A DNA stretch of 64,000 nt from Deltaproteobacteria bacterium (lineage in GTDB: Bacteria > Myxococcota > Kuafuiibacteriia > Kuafuiibacteriales > Kuafuiibacteriaceae), in the NCBI GenBank assembly GCA_040218735.1, contig JAVJQW010000055.1, positions 64,001 to 128,000 of the forward strand, given 5' to 3'. Position numbers and translations under genes: made by a program. Below the pieces are notes generated by a model. The model was not told the DNA's origin, made no database searches, and saw only the letters and a list, made by a program, of their open reading frames with translations. Numbering within the stretch: position 1 is the stretch's first letter; every line of letters starts with the position of its first letter. This document shows, piece by piece, positions 11,401-20,302 of the stretch.

Positions 11401-11448
11401 CGCGGGACGGTGGAGCGCATGCTCGCGGAAGGCGGGTGGACGCAGTGA
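8419..11448 (+). CDS. Large helical protein with degenerate P-loop/AAA-like domain and C-terminal winged-helix-like segment
   Basis: 1009 aa with strong coding bias. About 700 aa of helical/coiled-coil sequence, then ALVGIEGVGRG (Walker-A-like), and a C-terminal GLAALFRIPRTAAEGRLSRLVALGLL. Translationally coupled to trkH and mscS. Confidence 0.7.
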   Translation: MTTSDDIRTQPPPIPDTTGSIWTAALEMQQAWGLPVDTESEELNQAALELQADLQALVEDIRQGPLGRWRSAASDFLLELRREFLRHHRRLVVKARNEFEDCTAAEAAEWLRSELAELADRFHTIALSRSSRLTHGGWSPLEVVDAVDASVRVMRSQIVAPYEAQSYEDPAHQSLYRWFARRALRFDRWSRRMVGEEPRTRVVPFRSLVSYHLAKASAARVEGLAAVFLQSEAQLAVRARLILDGIVRGWDVLVEQVDAKDFEDILGRLRTQVEEEFSLADEALQEIVDEGSRRATRLFSDSLRDIKADLAVIDTLDLPVQRRTERRLIENRDLEIQQIATRLERSKDTAAGQYVMLALHLEFVAFKAKAKRRLDELLLALSHDIRGRSHVHVERVLQVLDEALEVLGAPPKEDEDGDLEDCLEPVEHVLAEAQRSAMQLMDQFGADQSVAPLLEALNKEATSLTDRYRVPSSRLPHAEYKLPPPAVMVEVAFSDLVAAYIQTDVAPKVLGVAAQCGEKLRPLLMALEEIERVVNFSTEQFDEEIAYKDTQTLDIGRGQMREVVVGSLKRSRDALVELSKQTELWPNEIAAAVRQAVIDELAVLRDQLGEAEIAAARSERGAAARALDLQVTRFTKLIEKASEEGGRTLRRVVGEDRLEGIYTRLGLEPPEEGGPDLALLERPDKNEGVPIYYRRLFSPQAHWAGDVVAAHGTAIERVRGALAGGSGSLRTAALVGIEGVGRGAFLGAAARSDRWSAVKRVAFSRPTEVAEVEAAFDETPRGGLIVVSGLSWCASPKAGGFEPLRRFVDLVVADRGRSAWLLEIDSMVWRYACQCAPLGDVFSEVVHIEPLGEPELREGILARHHLSGLDLVFRPDDSDADRDRFFHSLHLSSGGILQVALTSWIAAVGRFDENNRVVTIAEPPPSPMDALRALPNEITHIVYLVARQGWIDADGLAALFRIPRTAAEGRLSRLVALGLLERPAGRTFVIRRHLRGTVERMLAEGGWTQ

Positions 11449-12224
11449 ACGGCACGGGGAGCAGCACGACGGCGATCGTCGATCGCCTCCAGCACCTCGA
11501 ACCCGTCGAGGTCGTACGCGAGCTCGGCAACCCGTGGTCGCTCGCGTTCCTGATCCTGCTGTTCTTCGTGCTCGTGCGCCTGTCACGCCGGCTCGGGCGG
11601 CGCCTCGCCGAGCGCGGGTTGTTACCGTGGCTCAACCGCGCGTCCCGGGTGGTGCTGCGCATCGGCATCGCGGTGTTCGGGCTGTGGCTGCTCGTGGTGC
11701 TGGTGCCCGCGTGGATGGGGCCGGCGCTGCCGTGGCTGCTGCTGGGCCTCCTCGTGATCGTGGTGTGGTCCGCGCGCGACGTGCTCCCGGACCTCATGGC
11801 GGGGCTCGTGCTGCGGCTCGAGCGGCGGATGCGCCTCGGGCGTCGCGTGCAGCTCGCTCAGGTCGCGGGTGTGGTGCAGGCGGTGGGGTTCCGGGTCACG
11901 ACGGTCCTCGACGTGGGCGGTCGCCTCGTCGACGTCCCGAACCGTGCGCTCCTCAACCAGACGGTGGCGAGTGATCCGGGGCCGTGGCCGGTCCACGAAG
12001 CGACGGTGTCGCTGCGTCGCGACGTCGACGTGGAGCGCGCGCGCCGCGCGCTGAAGGACGCCGCGTTGGCGTCGGCGTGGACGCCGCTGGAGCCCGACCC
12101 GGTGGTGCGCCGAGACGGGGTGACGCCGACGAAGTGGATCGTGCGCGTCCGCCTGCGCGATCTCCGTGACTCGGCGCGCTTCGACGGGGAGCTCGCGGAG
12201 CGCGTCGACGAGCTGCTGCGTTAG
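11445..12224 (+). CDS. MscS-family mechanosensitive channel protein
   Basis: GTG at 11445 overlaps the upstream TGA; three TM helices, then ARDVLPDLMAGLVLRLERRMRLGRRVQL...GVVQAVGFRVTTV...VDVPN, the MscS signature. Confidence 0.85.
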   Translation: MNGTGSSTTAIVDRLQHLEPVEVVRELGNPWSLAFLILLFFVLVRLSRRLGRRLAERGLLPWLNRASRVVLRIGIAVFGLWLLVVLVPAWMGPALPWLLLGLLVIVVWSARDVLPDLMAGLVLRLERRMRLGRRVQLAQVAGVVQAVGFRVTTVLDVGGRLVDVPNRALLNQTVASDPGPWPVHEATVSLRRDVDVERARRALKDAALASAWTPLEPDPVVRRDGVTPTKWIVRVRLRDLRDSARFDGELAERVDELLR

Positions 12225-12272
12225 CGGCAATGCCGTTCACTTGGCGGACGGGCCTGCCTCGCGGCCCCAATC

Positions 12273-12290
12273 AGGCGCCGAGGGGCGCCT
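12273..12290. terminator. GC-rich hairpin between convergent genes (possible terminator)
   Basis: AGGCGCC-GAGG-GGCGCCT, a perfect 7-bp stem; no U-tract. Confidence 0.3.
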
Positions 12291-12428
12291 CGACGTCGGG
12301 CAGCGCGCCGGCGCCGCGGAGCGACTCGTCCCTCGGCCGCCGTTTCGCCGGGCTGGTGAAGGCGGGGGTCCGCGGAGCGCAGTACTCCCAAGGAGGCCCG
12401 CGCTCTCGAACACCGGCTGGTATCGCTC

Positions 12429-13391
12429 TCACGAGCTGCCCTCCGCACGTGTCGGCGGCGTCGGATGCGCTTCACGCCGAGGACGCTCGGGACCCGAGCC
12501 TGGCCTGGGCTGGGTGGAGCGGCGCTCGTGAATCCTCCGCTCGATGAGGGCGCGACCCAACACCTCCCGCGCCGCGTGAAGGTTGTGCGCGCGACACAGC
12601 AATCGCAGCTCGCCGACCACGCTCTTGGCGCCCAGCGCGCGCCCGCCCACATGATCGAATTCGAGGTTCGACCGTTCGCTGCATCGCCGACCGTCCGAGC
12701 TCACGTACGTGCACTGCGCGCCGTCGCGTTCGACCACCGCACGTCGCGTTGCGGCCGGGACGTACGCTGCGCCCGCTGGCGCATCCTCGGCGGGTCTCGA
12801 TCGCGGACGACTCGTCATTCCGTTCCGCCTCTTCTCCAGCCTTTCGACGTACAGCGCGAGCGCCGCTTCGAAGATCTCCCCGATGTCCGTCCCAGGCGGG
12901 GTGAGCTCCTTGGCTCGATCCAAGAGCGCCTTCGCTTCTGCGCTGCCGTCGAAGTGAAAAGCGAACGTCTCGGCGGTCGTCGCCTCAACGCGATCGTCAC
13001 TGCTCTTCGCACCTGGGAACTCGGTAGCGATCAGCATCTCGACCTCGGCCTTGGACTTGTTCTTCGCCTGCTCGACGAGAGTGTGGGCGTTGTCGTCGTT
13101 CATGAACTTCGAGAGCTTCGCGACGCCGGTCATGTGCAGCTCTCCGGTCGCGAGCATCCCGAAGACCTCGGGCACCCGCCGCGCCGCGCGCACCACGGCG
13201 ACGCGCCGGCACGCCTGGTCCTCGGTCAGCCCGAGCCCCTCGACGCAGAACCGGAACAGCGAGCTGAAGCCCCGCTCGACGTAGACCTTGCGCCGCTCGA
13301 CCTCCGCCATGAACCGGAGCGCCTCGACACCGCTCTTTAGCTCCGCTCGAAGCGCTTCGCGAAGTCCGCTCAGGAGATCGCTCTGGGTCAT
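12429..13391 (-). CDS. HNH endonuclease with long helical N-terminal region (DUF222-like/myxobacterial HNH family)
   Basis: VPAATRRAVVERDGAQCTYVSSDGRRC...LEFDH...LRLLCRAHN; N-terminal GFSSLFRFCVEGLGLTEDQACRR; ATG at 13391 preferred. Confidence 0.88.
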   Translation of the reverse strand: MTQSDLLSGLREALRAELKSGVEALRFMAEVERRKVYVERGFSSLFRFCVEGLGLTEDQACRRVAVVRAARRVPEVFGMLATGELHMTGVAKLSKFMNDDNAHTLVEQAKNKSKAEVEMLIATEFPGAKSSDDRVEATTAETFAFHFDGSAEAKALLDRAKELTPPGTDIGEIFEAALALYVERLEKRRNGMTSRPRSRPAEDAPAGAAYVPAATRRAVVERDGAQCTYVSSDGRRCSERSNLEFDHVGGRALGAKSVVGELRLLCRAHNLHAAREVLGRALIERRIHERRSTQPRPGSGPERPRREAHPTPPTRAEGSS

Positions 13392-13473
13392 GCAAGACAG
13401 GTTGCAAGGGTCCGGGCTCACGCATCGAAGGTATCATCGAGCTCTCGAAACGCGATTTGGCGCAGCTGGAGGA

Positions 13474-13515
13474 TGACGGTCCGACACGTGCGAGGACGCG
13501 CAATACGGACCGTCA
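13474..13515. repeat. Perfect 10-bp inverted repeat with nested inner stem, upstream of the HNH gene
   Basis: TGACGGTCCG (13474-13483) and CGGACCGTCA (13506-13515); inner GTGCG-AGGA-CGCGC. Confidence 0.7.
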
Positions 13516-14025
13516 GCGTCCGAAGACGAGTCCAAGTCCAAGAACTTCGAAATGCGCTGCGTTCGTCGAGCAGATGGCCCGGACAGGGCCCTTGATTCCG
13601 TCAACCCCCAAGAGAGAAAAAGAAACCGCTTCTGCAACTCAACTTGCGCGACCGGCCATCCCCCTTGACCAGCCGGCGAATCTCACCGGTTCATCGCAGC
13701 CCTCGACCGCCGCCGGCGCAATCCTCCGACGCTCAATCCGGTGGTCTCGTGAACGCGTCGAAGTCGGCGTGGATTACTCGCGGGCAAAGCCGCGAAGATC
13801 CATCTGGAGGATGACCGCGCAGCGAGCGCGACGTGGGGAGCATGGCGAGTGCCGCCGACCATCGAGCGGAGCCTCCCGCCGTCCTCGTGCCTACGTGGAG
13901 CGCGGAGCGCGCGGGCCGGCGCGGCACTTCGGTTTCGGGCGATGGGTCCAAGGCGCGTCGGGCGCTTCCTTCCCCGCCTACGGCCTTTCCATGTGGTCAG
14001 GTCCGCTAAATGAATGGCCTTGGCG

Positions 14026-15555
14026 CTAGCGGCACACGTACGCGCGATACGCCACGCGGATCTCCGCCTCGTACTCCGGGGTACCAAACGGCGAGAAGCG
14101 CACGGCGTTCGTCGGGACGTCGAAGACCCAGTTCACCGTGCCCGCCGCGCTGATGCCGGGGACGCTCACGCCGTTCACGAACACCGCGACGGTCGACGGG
14201 ACCGCGAACCCGCTCAGCGCGAACCGCCTTTCGGGCTCGGCGGCGAACGGGCTCGGGCCGCCCGTGGTGATTGGCGCTTCCCACCACGCTGCGTTGCAGA
14301 AGTTGGTGAACCACTGCGTCGTCTCGCGCGCGGCCGTCTCCAGACGCGGGGCCGGGGTCGCGAGCAGCGGCCCTTCCCGGCAGCCGTCCGGCGAGGGACC
14401 CGCGGCGACGATCAGGGCGATCGTGTTCTGCACCGCCGGGTCCGTGAGCGCCTCGAGCTCGGCGACGTACTCCGCGACCGCGCGCGGGGAGGCGTCGTCC
14501 GAGTCCGCGAGGATCGCAACGAACTGCGCCGCGCCGGGGCGAGGGAAGTCGGGGTGGTCCGTCATCGCGCGCACCGCCGTCGCGAGGGGCTCCACGCGTG
14601 CCCCGTTCGTCCCGAGCTGGAGCGCGGCGGTCAGGGTCGCGAGCGCATCGGGATCGTCGCCCCGCACGATCCCCGGCGCCGCGAAGGCGCCGCCGAGCCC
14701 GTCCGGGTCCGCGTCGGTGACCGCGTACCTCGCGTCGCTACCGCTCACTTCGACGTAGCCGAGCAGGTTCTGGAGAGGTCCGGCGGCCATCGCCTGCGCA
14801 GCGCCCATCGAGGACGCGGTGCTGACGACGAAGAGGAAGTCGAGGCTCAGCGGGGGCACCTGCGTGAACGCGTCGGTGCGGTGCGTGCCGGGGCGCCCCG
14901 AGCCCGCGAGCGTCGCCGCGACTTCGAGCTCCACACCCGCGGCGCGGACCACGACGGACGCTTCGACCGTCGACGTGTCGACCGGACCGAACCCGACATC
15001 CACCATCGTGCTCGCGCCGGGCGCGATGACCAACGACGTCGGCGCGACGGTGAAGGGCGCCTCGACTTCGACGCCGTCGAGGACGATCTGTACGGACTCT
15101 TCGTTCACCAGCTCGACGCGCTCTGTCGCCGGTGCGCAGCCGATGTCCACCGCGCCGAAGTCGACGGACGAAGGCACGAACGAGATCCGCGGCGGACGTG
15201 CGCTCCCCGACAATGTCATCGAGGCGTCGCCGATCGACAGCGTCGCCTCGTGAGCGCCGATCGTGTCCGGTGTGTACCGCACGACGAGCTCGTCGCCGAC
15301 GCCATCGAACGTGAAGTATCCCGTGAAGTCGACGGGCGTGCGGGCGTCGAGGCACGCCGCGGGCCCCGCCAGCAGCCGCACCTCGAGCCGTTCGATCACT
15401 TCGACGCCCACCAGCGTCTCCCCGAGCTCGAGCTGCGTGGGCAGCTCGACGCGGCAGGGCGTGGGCGGGTCGGGCTCGTCCAGCGTCAGCGCCGACTCCG
15501 CGCACGCCGCCATCCACAGAGCCAGAACGCAGGGCACGAACCGGAACACGCGCAT
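14026..15555 (-). CDS. Lipoprotein with Ig-like (choice-of-anchor D/ASH-like) domains and vWA-like C-terminal domain
   Basis: Lipobox WMAAC; ISFVPSSVDFGAVDIGC; DFLFVVSTASSM (degenerate MIDAS); C-terminal NWVFDVPTNAVRF...IRVAY typical of myxobacterial surface proteins. Confidence 0.75.
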   Translation of the reverse strand: MRVFRFVPCVLALWMAACAESALTLDEPDPPTPCRVELPTQLELGETLVGVEVIERLEVRLLAGPAACLDARTPVDFTGYFTFDGVGDELVVRYTPDTIGAHEATLSIGDASMTLSGSARPPRISFVPSSVDFGAVDIGCAPATERVELVNEESVQIVLDGVEVEAPFTVAPTSLVIAPGASTMVDVGFGPVDTSTVEASVVVRAAGVELEVAATLAGSGRPGTHRTDAFTQVPPLSLDFLFVVSTASSMGAAQAMAAGPLQNLLGYVEVSGSDARYAVTDADPDGLGGAFAAPGIVRGDDPDALATLTAALQLGTNGARVEPLATAVRAMTDHPDFPRPGAAQFVAILADSDDASPRAVAEYVAELEALTDPAVQNTIALIVAAGPSPDGCREGPLLATPAPRLETAARETTQWFTNFCNAAWWEAPITTGGPSPFAAEPERRFALSGFAVPSTVAVFVNGVSVPGISAAGTVNWVFDVPTNAVRFSPFGTPEYEAEIRVAYRAYVCR

Positions 15556-15637
15556 GAGTGGCCGGTGCGCGTGAAATCCGTCACGTGAAAGCACCCCGTA
15601 ACTGCCACGCGCCGCTGCGCTGCGCACCATCGAAGCC

Positions 15638-16771
15638 GTGAAGCACCGAGCCCTCGTCATGCTCCCGTTCCTCGTAGCTGCGTGTGGCGGTATCGAAGAC
15701 CTGTCCTCCACCGAGGCCGCGGCCACGGCGGGCGGCGTGATTCCGAACCCCAACCTGCGCTTCCCCGCGCCGCCGAATACGACGCTCTACCGCAAGGACT
15801 GGAGCTCGCCGATCCGGTGGTCGATCGAGAACATCTGCTACCCGAACAAGTACGCCAACGTGGATCCGATCGTCGCCTTCGGTCGCCCGGGCTTCGGACA
15901 CGAACACGAGTTCCTCGCAAACGAGATCGTCGAGCACGACACCACCATCGACGATCTCATTCGCAGCCAGTCGGTCTCCTGCACGTACATCGCCGACCAG
16001 TCCGCGTACTGGTTCCCGTCGGTGATCGTGAACGGCCGACGCGTCGACGCCGACCACGCGAAGATCTACTACAAGGCCGCCGTCACGCCGGAGCGCATCC
16101 AGAACATCCCGACCGGCCTCCGGATGATCGCGGGCGACGCGACGCTGCAGAGCACGCCGCCCGCCAACGTCGGGTTCTGGTACGAACACGGCAACTACGA
16201 CGACAACAACACACGCGGCCGGAACACGATGATCACCGCGAGCTCCGGTCGCCTCGGTTTGCAGATCTACTTCCCGGACTGCTGGAACGGCCGTGATCTC
16301 GACAGCCCCGATCACAAGTCGCACATGGCGTACTCGGTCGGGCGCTTCGGCTCGCGCACGTGCCCGGGTTCGCACCCCGTCGCGCTCCCCCAGCTCTCCG
16401 CGAACGTCATCTACTTCACCCGCGCCGGCAGCACGATGCAGCTGTCGTCGGGCAAGTGGACGTCGCTGCACGGCGACTACATCAACGCCTGGAACCCCGA
16501 CACGCTGCAGGGCGCGATCGACGCGTGCCTCAAGACCCGACAGAACTGCCGCACGCACCAGACCGGCGACCTCGCGCAACGGCACGCCGTCGTCGTGCGT
16601 GGGTCCGCGCGTCTGCCGTACATGCCGCAAGGCGGGAGCACCGAGCCGCCCCCCGGGCCCACGCCGACCGTCGACCCCAACGGCTGGTACACGCCCGCGA
16701 GCGGCGGCAACCCGTGCAACGTTCATTGGAATCGCATCCCGAATCGCTGTCAGCCGGTCCCCGCGCACTGA
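15638..16771 (+). CDS. DUF1996-domain lipoprotein
   Basis: Lipobox VAAC; DPIV..G..HEHEF, DQSAYWFP, FPDCWNGRDLDSPDHKSH, CPGSHPV, HGDYINAW. Confidence 0.88.
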   Translation: MKHRALVMLPFLVAACGGIEDLSSTEAAATAGGVIPNPNLRFPAPPNTTLYRKDWSSPIRWSIENICYPNKYANVDPIVAFGRPGFGHEHEFLANEIVEHDTTIDDLIRSQSVSCTYIADQSAYWFPSVIVNGRRVDADHAKIYYKAAVTPERIQNIPTGLRMIAGDATLQSTPPANVGFWYEHGNYDDNNTRGRNTMITASSGRLGLQIYFPDCWNGRDLDSPDHKSHMAYSVGRFGSRTCPGSHPVALPQLSANVIYFTRAGSTMQLSSGKWTSLHGDYINAWNPDTLQGAIDACLKTRQNCRTHQTGDLAQRHAVVVRGSARLPYMPQGGSTEPPPGPTPTVDPNGWYTPASGGNPCNVHWNRIPNRCQPVPAH

Positions 16772-16809
16772 CGTTGCGCGCGACGTCGCTCCGCTTGGAC
16801 AATGATCGC

Positions 16810-17982
16810 GTGCTGCGCTTGCTGCACATCGCGTTCTTCTCCATCGCGCTCTGGTCGCCGGCGACGGCGCGCGCGCACATCTTCCCGGAGGTCTACGGCG
16901 TCGCCGCGTACGACGCCGAAGGTGTGCCGGTCGCGATCGAAGCGAGCCACGGTCTGATGCTCCGCGAGGGCGAAGCCTGGCGCTACGTTTGCCCGGTCGC
17001 GCACGGCGGCCCGGACACCCCCCGTACCGTCGCGCCGCGCGCCGATCGCATGTGGGTCAGCACCGTGGCCGGGCTCCGTCTCTACGACGCTGCGCTTAAA
17101 CCGCTGACGCCCGCGTTCCCCGACGTGCTCTACGCCGACGTCCCGGTCCTCGCGACCGGATCGGCGGGGACGTTCGTCGTTGCCCAACGCGAAGAGGACA
17201 CCGCGCTCTACGCATTGTCGCCGTCGGGGGTCACGTACCTCGCGCGCTTCGAGGGCCCCTGGCGCACGATCGCCGTCGCCGACGCGATCTGGATCGCGCG
17301 CACCACGTCCACCGGCATCGACCTTGTCGAGCTCGAGCGCGACGGGCGCGTCACGACGACCGCGACCGTCGCGTTCGAAGCGCGCGACGTCGCGCTGCAC
17401 ACCGCCGCCGGCCGGGTCTTCGCGGCGGCGAGCGACGGCTTGGTGTCACGGGTCTGGGAGGTGTCCTCCGGCGGCCTCGAGCTGCTCGTCCAGTACGAAG
17501 GATCGATCGTCGGCGACGTCACCGTGGTCGACGGTGCGGTGTACGTCGCGCTCGATCGATTCCTTCACCGCCTCGAAGGTGGGCGCGCGATCCCCACGGA
17601 TCCGATCGAACCCGTCTCGTGCCTCGCGAACGGTCCGACGGGGCCCTACCTGTGCTCCAACCTCGCGCTCTACGCCGTCACGCCCGAAGGTGTGATCGGC
17701 GCGCCGGTGTTCCTGCTCGATCAGGTCGAGCCGCCCGACACGTCGGCGCTGTCCCTCGCCGACGCCGCGACGTGTGAAGCGCAGTGGGCGGACTTCGAGC
17801 GCGAGTCCGGGCTCGATCCCCTCACGCGGCCCGTCGACCCGCCTCCGGATCCCGGCGGGTGCCGCTGTGTCGGGACGCGACGCGGAGGGCTCTGGCTCTT
17901 CGCGTTCGTCCTGCTATCATCGTTCGCGGTCCCGCGATGCAGATCAGCCCGTACCACGGCAACTTCGCCGCGTTCGCTCTGA
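16810..17982 (+). CDS. Exported beta-rich (propeller-like) protein with MYXO-CTERM-like tail
   Basis: Signal peptide ending ARA-H; WRYVC motif; Pro linker, then GGCRC and a hydrophobic helix. Confidence 0.7.
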   Translation: MLRLLHIAFFSIALWSPATARAHIFPEVYGVAAYDAEGVPVAIEASHGLMLREGEAWRYVCPVAHGGPDTPRTVAPRADRMWVSTVAGLRLYDAALKPLTPAFPDVLYADVPVLATGSAGTFVVAQREEDTALYALSPSGVTYLARFEGPWRTIAVADAIWIARTTSTGIDLVELERDGRVTTTATVAFEARDVALHTAAGRVFAAASDGLVSRVWEVSSGGLELLVQYEGSIVGDVTVVDGAVYVALDRFLHRLEGGRAIPTDPIEPVSCLANGPTGPYLCSNLALYAVTPEGVIGAPVFLLDQVEPPDTSALSLADAATCEAQWADFERESGLDPLTRPVDPPPDPGGCRCVGTRRGGLWLFAFVLLSSFAVPRCRSARTTATSPRSL

Positions 17983-19388
17983 TCCTCGTCATCCCGTTCG
18001 CGCTCTACATGTTCGCGACGAAGAAGCCGCCGAAGGCGGCGATGATCGTCTGCGTCGGCGTGATGATGTGGGGCCCCGAGAGCGTGTGGATTCGCATCCC
18101 GAGCACGCCGATCCTCAACTTAGTGAACGTCCCGGCCCTCGGGGGGCTCCTCGGCGTGTTCCTGTTCATGAACAAGGCGTTCATGAAGGCGCGGCCGGGC
18201 CGCGGACCCGAGGCGTTGATGTGGCTCAGCCTCCTCGCGTCGCTCGCGACCTGGAAGACGAACACCGACGTGCAGATCTTCGGCACGTGGATCCAGACGG
18301 TGCTGCCGGGCCTCACGTTCGTCGACGGCATGTCGATGGGCCTCGACCACGTCTACCGGCTGATGTTCCCGTTCCTGGTCGGGCGCATCGTCTACCAGAA
18401 CGGCGACGACCTGGAGACGGGCCTGAAGCTCTTCGTCGTGATGGCGCTGATCTACGTGTTCCCGATCCTCGTCGAGCTGAAGATGAGCCCGCGGGTGCAC
18501 GAGTGGATCTACGGCTACGCGGCGTCGAGTGACTTCCTCGCCGTCCTCCGTTGGGGCGGTTACCGCCCGATGGTGTGCATGCCGAACGGCCTCGCGCTGT
18601 CGCTGTTGATGCTGCAGATGTTGATGGCCGCCGCCGCGTTCCAGCGCGCGGGGATTCGCGTCACGAAGCGCATGAAGAACAAGACGGTGACCGCGGTGCT
18701 CTCCGTCATCCTCGTGCTCTGCAAGTCGACCGGCGCCATCATGTACGGTCTCGTCTTCATCCCCCTCATCCTGAAGGGGAAGCTGAAGAGCCAGCTCCGC
18801 CTCGCGACGATCCTCTCGGTCATCGCGCTCAGCTACCCGACACTCCGCGCCGCCGACCTCGTCCCCGTCGACGACATCCTCGCGGTCGCCGAGTCCATCA
18901 GCAAGGACCGCGCAGGTTCACTTGCGTTCCGTTTCAAGAACGAGAAGCTCCTCGGCGACAAGGCGCGCGAGCGGTTCTGGTTCGGTTGGGGGAGCTACGG
19001 GCGCAACTCGATCTACCACGACGAGATCGGCAAGGAGATGACCATCGCCGACGGCTACTGGGTCATCCTCCTCGGCGTGCGCGGCTTCGCGGGGTTTGCG
19101 TTGTCGTTCGGGCTCGCGCTGTGGCCGGTGTTCGTCGCACGGAAGGTGGTGCCGCGAATCGAGAACCCGAGGGATCAGTGGTTACTGGGCACGCTGTCCC
19201 TCATCGTGGCCGTGTCGATCTTCGACCTGATCCCCAACGGCCTCTTCACGAACTACAACTACTTCCTGTCGGGGATGTTGTACGGCGCGTGTAAGGCGCT
19301 CGATCCGAAGGGCCCGATTCAGCGCCGTCGCCGCCGCACCAGCCGGCCGTCGCCGGCGGCCGGGACGCCCGCCGCGCATCGCGGTTGA
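17937..19388 (+). CDS. O-antigen ligase/Wzy polymerase-like membrane protein
   Basis: About 11-12 TM helices; RWGGYRP, LCKSTGA, RAGSLAFRF, FGWGSYGR, DGYWVI. Confidence 0.8.
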   Translation: MQISPYHGNFAAFALILVIPFALYMFATKKPPKAAMIVCVGVMMWGPESVWIRIPSTPILNLVNVPALGGLLGVFLFMNKAFMKARPGRGPEALMWLSLLASLATWKTNTDVQIFGTWIQTVLPGLTFVDGMSMGLDHVYRLMFPFLVGRIVYQNGDDLETGLKLFVVMALIYVFPILVELKMSPRVHEWIYGYAASSDFLAVLRWGGYRPMVCMPNGLALSLLMLQMLMAAAAFQRAGIRVTKRMKNKTVTAVLSVILVLCKSTGAIMYGLVFIPLILKGKLKSQLRLATILSVIALSYPTLRAADLVPVDDILAVAESISKDRAGSLAFRFKNEKLLGDKARERFWFGWGSYGRNSIYHDEIGKEMTIADGYWVILLGVRGFAGFALSFGLALWPVFVARKVVPRIENPRDQWLLGTLSLIVAVSIFDLIPNGLFTNYNYFLSGMLYGACKALDPKGPIQRRRRRTSRPSPAAGTPAAHRG

Positions 19389-20204
19389 TCAGCGGTCGGT
19401 GAGGAGGCGCTTCAGGCCCTTCTTCGCACCGTGGTACGCCTTGCGCAGCTCGCGCTGCGTCTTCTCGATCGGCATCAACACGTTGCCGCGGAACTTCTCC
19501 TCCGGGCGCGCCTTGAAGACCGTCGTGTGCGCCTCGCCGGTCCAGCTCGCGGGCGCTTCCTTCGTGTAGTAGTACGCCGCGAACGACTTGCGCTCGACGC
19601 CCGGCGGCGTCGTCACCGGCTGCACGCCGTGGAAGCTGATCTCGCTCGTCTCGAAGATCAGGCAGTGGTTGAGCTTCGGCGGGATCGCGGCGTGCCGGTT
19701 CTGCACTTCCTTGTCCCACAGCTCGACCGCGCCACCCCAGGCGTCGTCCCACTCGGGGTTGAGGTAGATGAGGATGTTGAGCCGTCGGTGCAGCTCGTCT
19801 TCTTCGATGTAGTTGAAGTCGACGTGCACATCGAGCCGCCCGCGCGGCCCCGTGACGTGGATGCCGCCGCCGCGGAGCGCGTCGTCGGCGAGGAGGTTGT
19901 CGATGCCCGTGATGCGCTCGAGCTTGCCGAGGAACTCCGGTCCGGAGATCGCGTCGCTGAGTTTCTTCACCGCCTCGGGGAAGCGATCGGATTCGCAGAG
20001 CTGGACCTTGCCCATCTCGTTGACCGCCGTGAACGCGCGGCCGCCCTGGTTCTTACTCCATTCGAAGGACGGCATCGCGGCCGCGACCTCTCGGGCGAAG
20101 TCCTCTTCGAGGAACGGGTGGATGTGAATCCACGGGAAGGGCTCGGCCGAGCGAAACTCCTGCGTGAGGCGGTCGACATCGAGCGGCTTGATCAGCGTGC
20201 TCAT
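19389..20204 (-). CDS. 2OG-Fe(II) oxygenase
   Basis: PFPWIHI, GGGIH, LDVHVDFN (HxD), RRLNILIYLN, SFHGV, RKS; start at 20204 or 20213. Confidence 0.9.
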   Translation of the reverse strand: MSTLIKPLDVDRLTQEFRSAEPFPWIHIHPFLEEDFAREVAAAMPSFEWSKNQGGRAFTAVNEMGKVQLCESDRFPEAVKKLSDAISGPEFLGKLERITGIDNLLADDALRGGGIHVTGPRGRLDVHVDFNYIEEDELHRRLNILIYLNPEWDDAWGGAVELWDKEVQNRHAAIPPKLNHCLIFETSEISFHGVQPVTTPPGVERKSFAAYYYTKEAPASWTGEAHTTVFKARPEEKFRGNVLMPIEKTQRELRKAYHGAKKGLKRLLTDR

Positions 20205-20302
20205 CGGTTGCACCAGGGTGTTGCAGTCGCGTCGTCAAAGCAACCGGGTTCGTCACCGCGGTCGCTCGGAATACAAGCGCCTGTGCTACGGTCCCGCCCC
20301 GA

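Noticed and set aside
12429-13391. IscB/Cas9-like RNA-guided nuclease
   Set aside because: No RuvC segments or PLMP motif seen; no CRISPR repeats nearby.
13457-14029. 190-aa plus-strand ORF upstream of the HNH gene
   Set aside because: Atypical codon usage and Arg/Ser/Pro-rich composition; treated as non-coding, although translation cannot be fully excluded.
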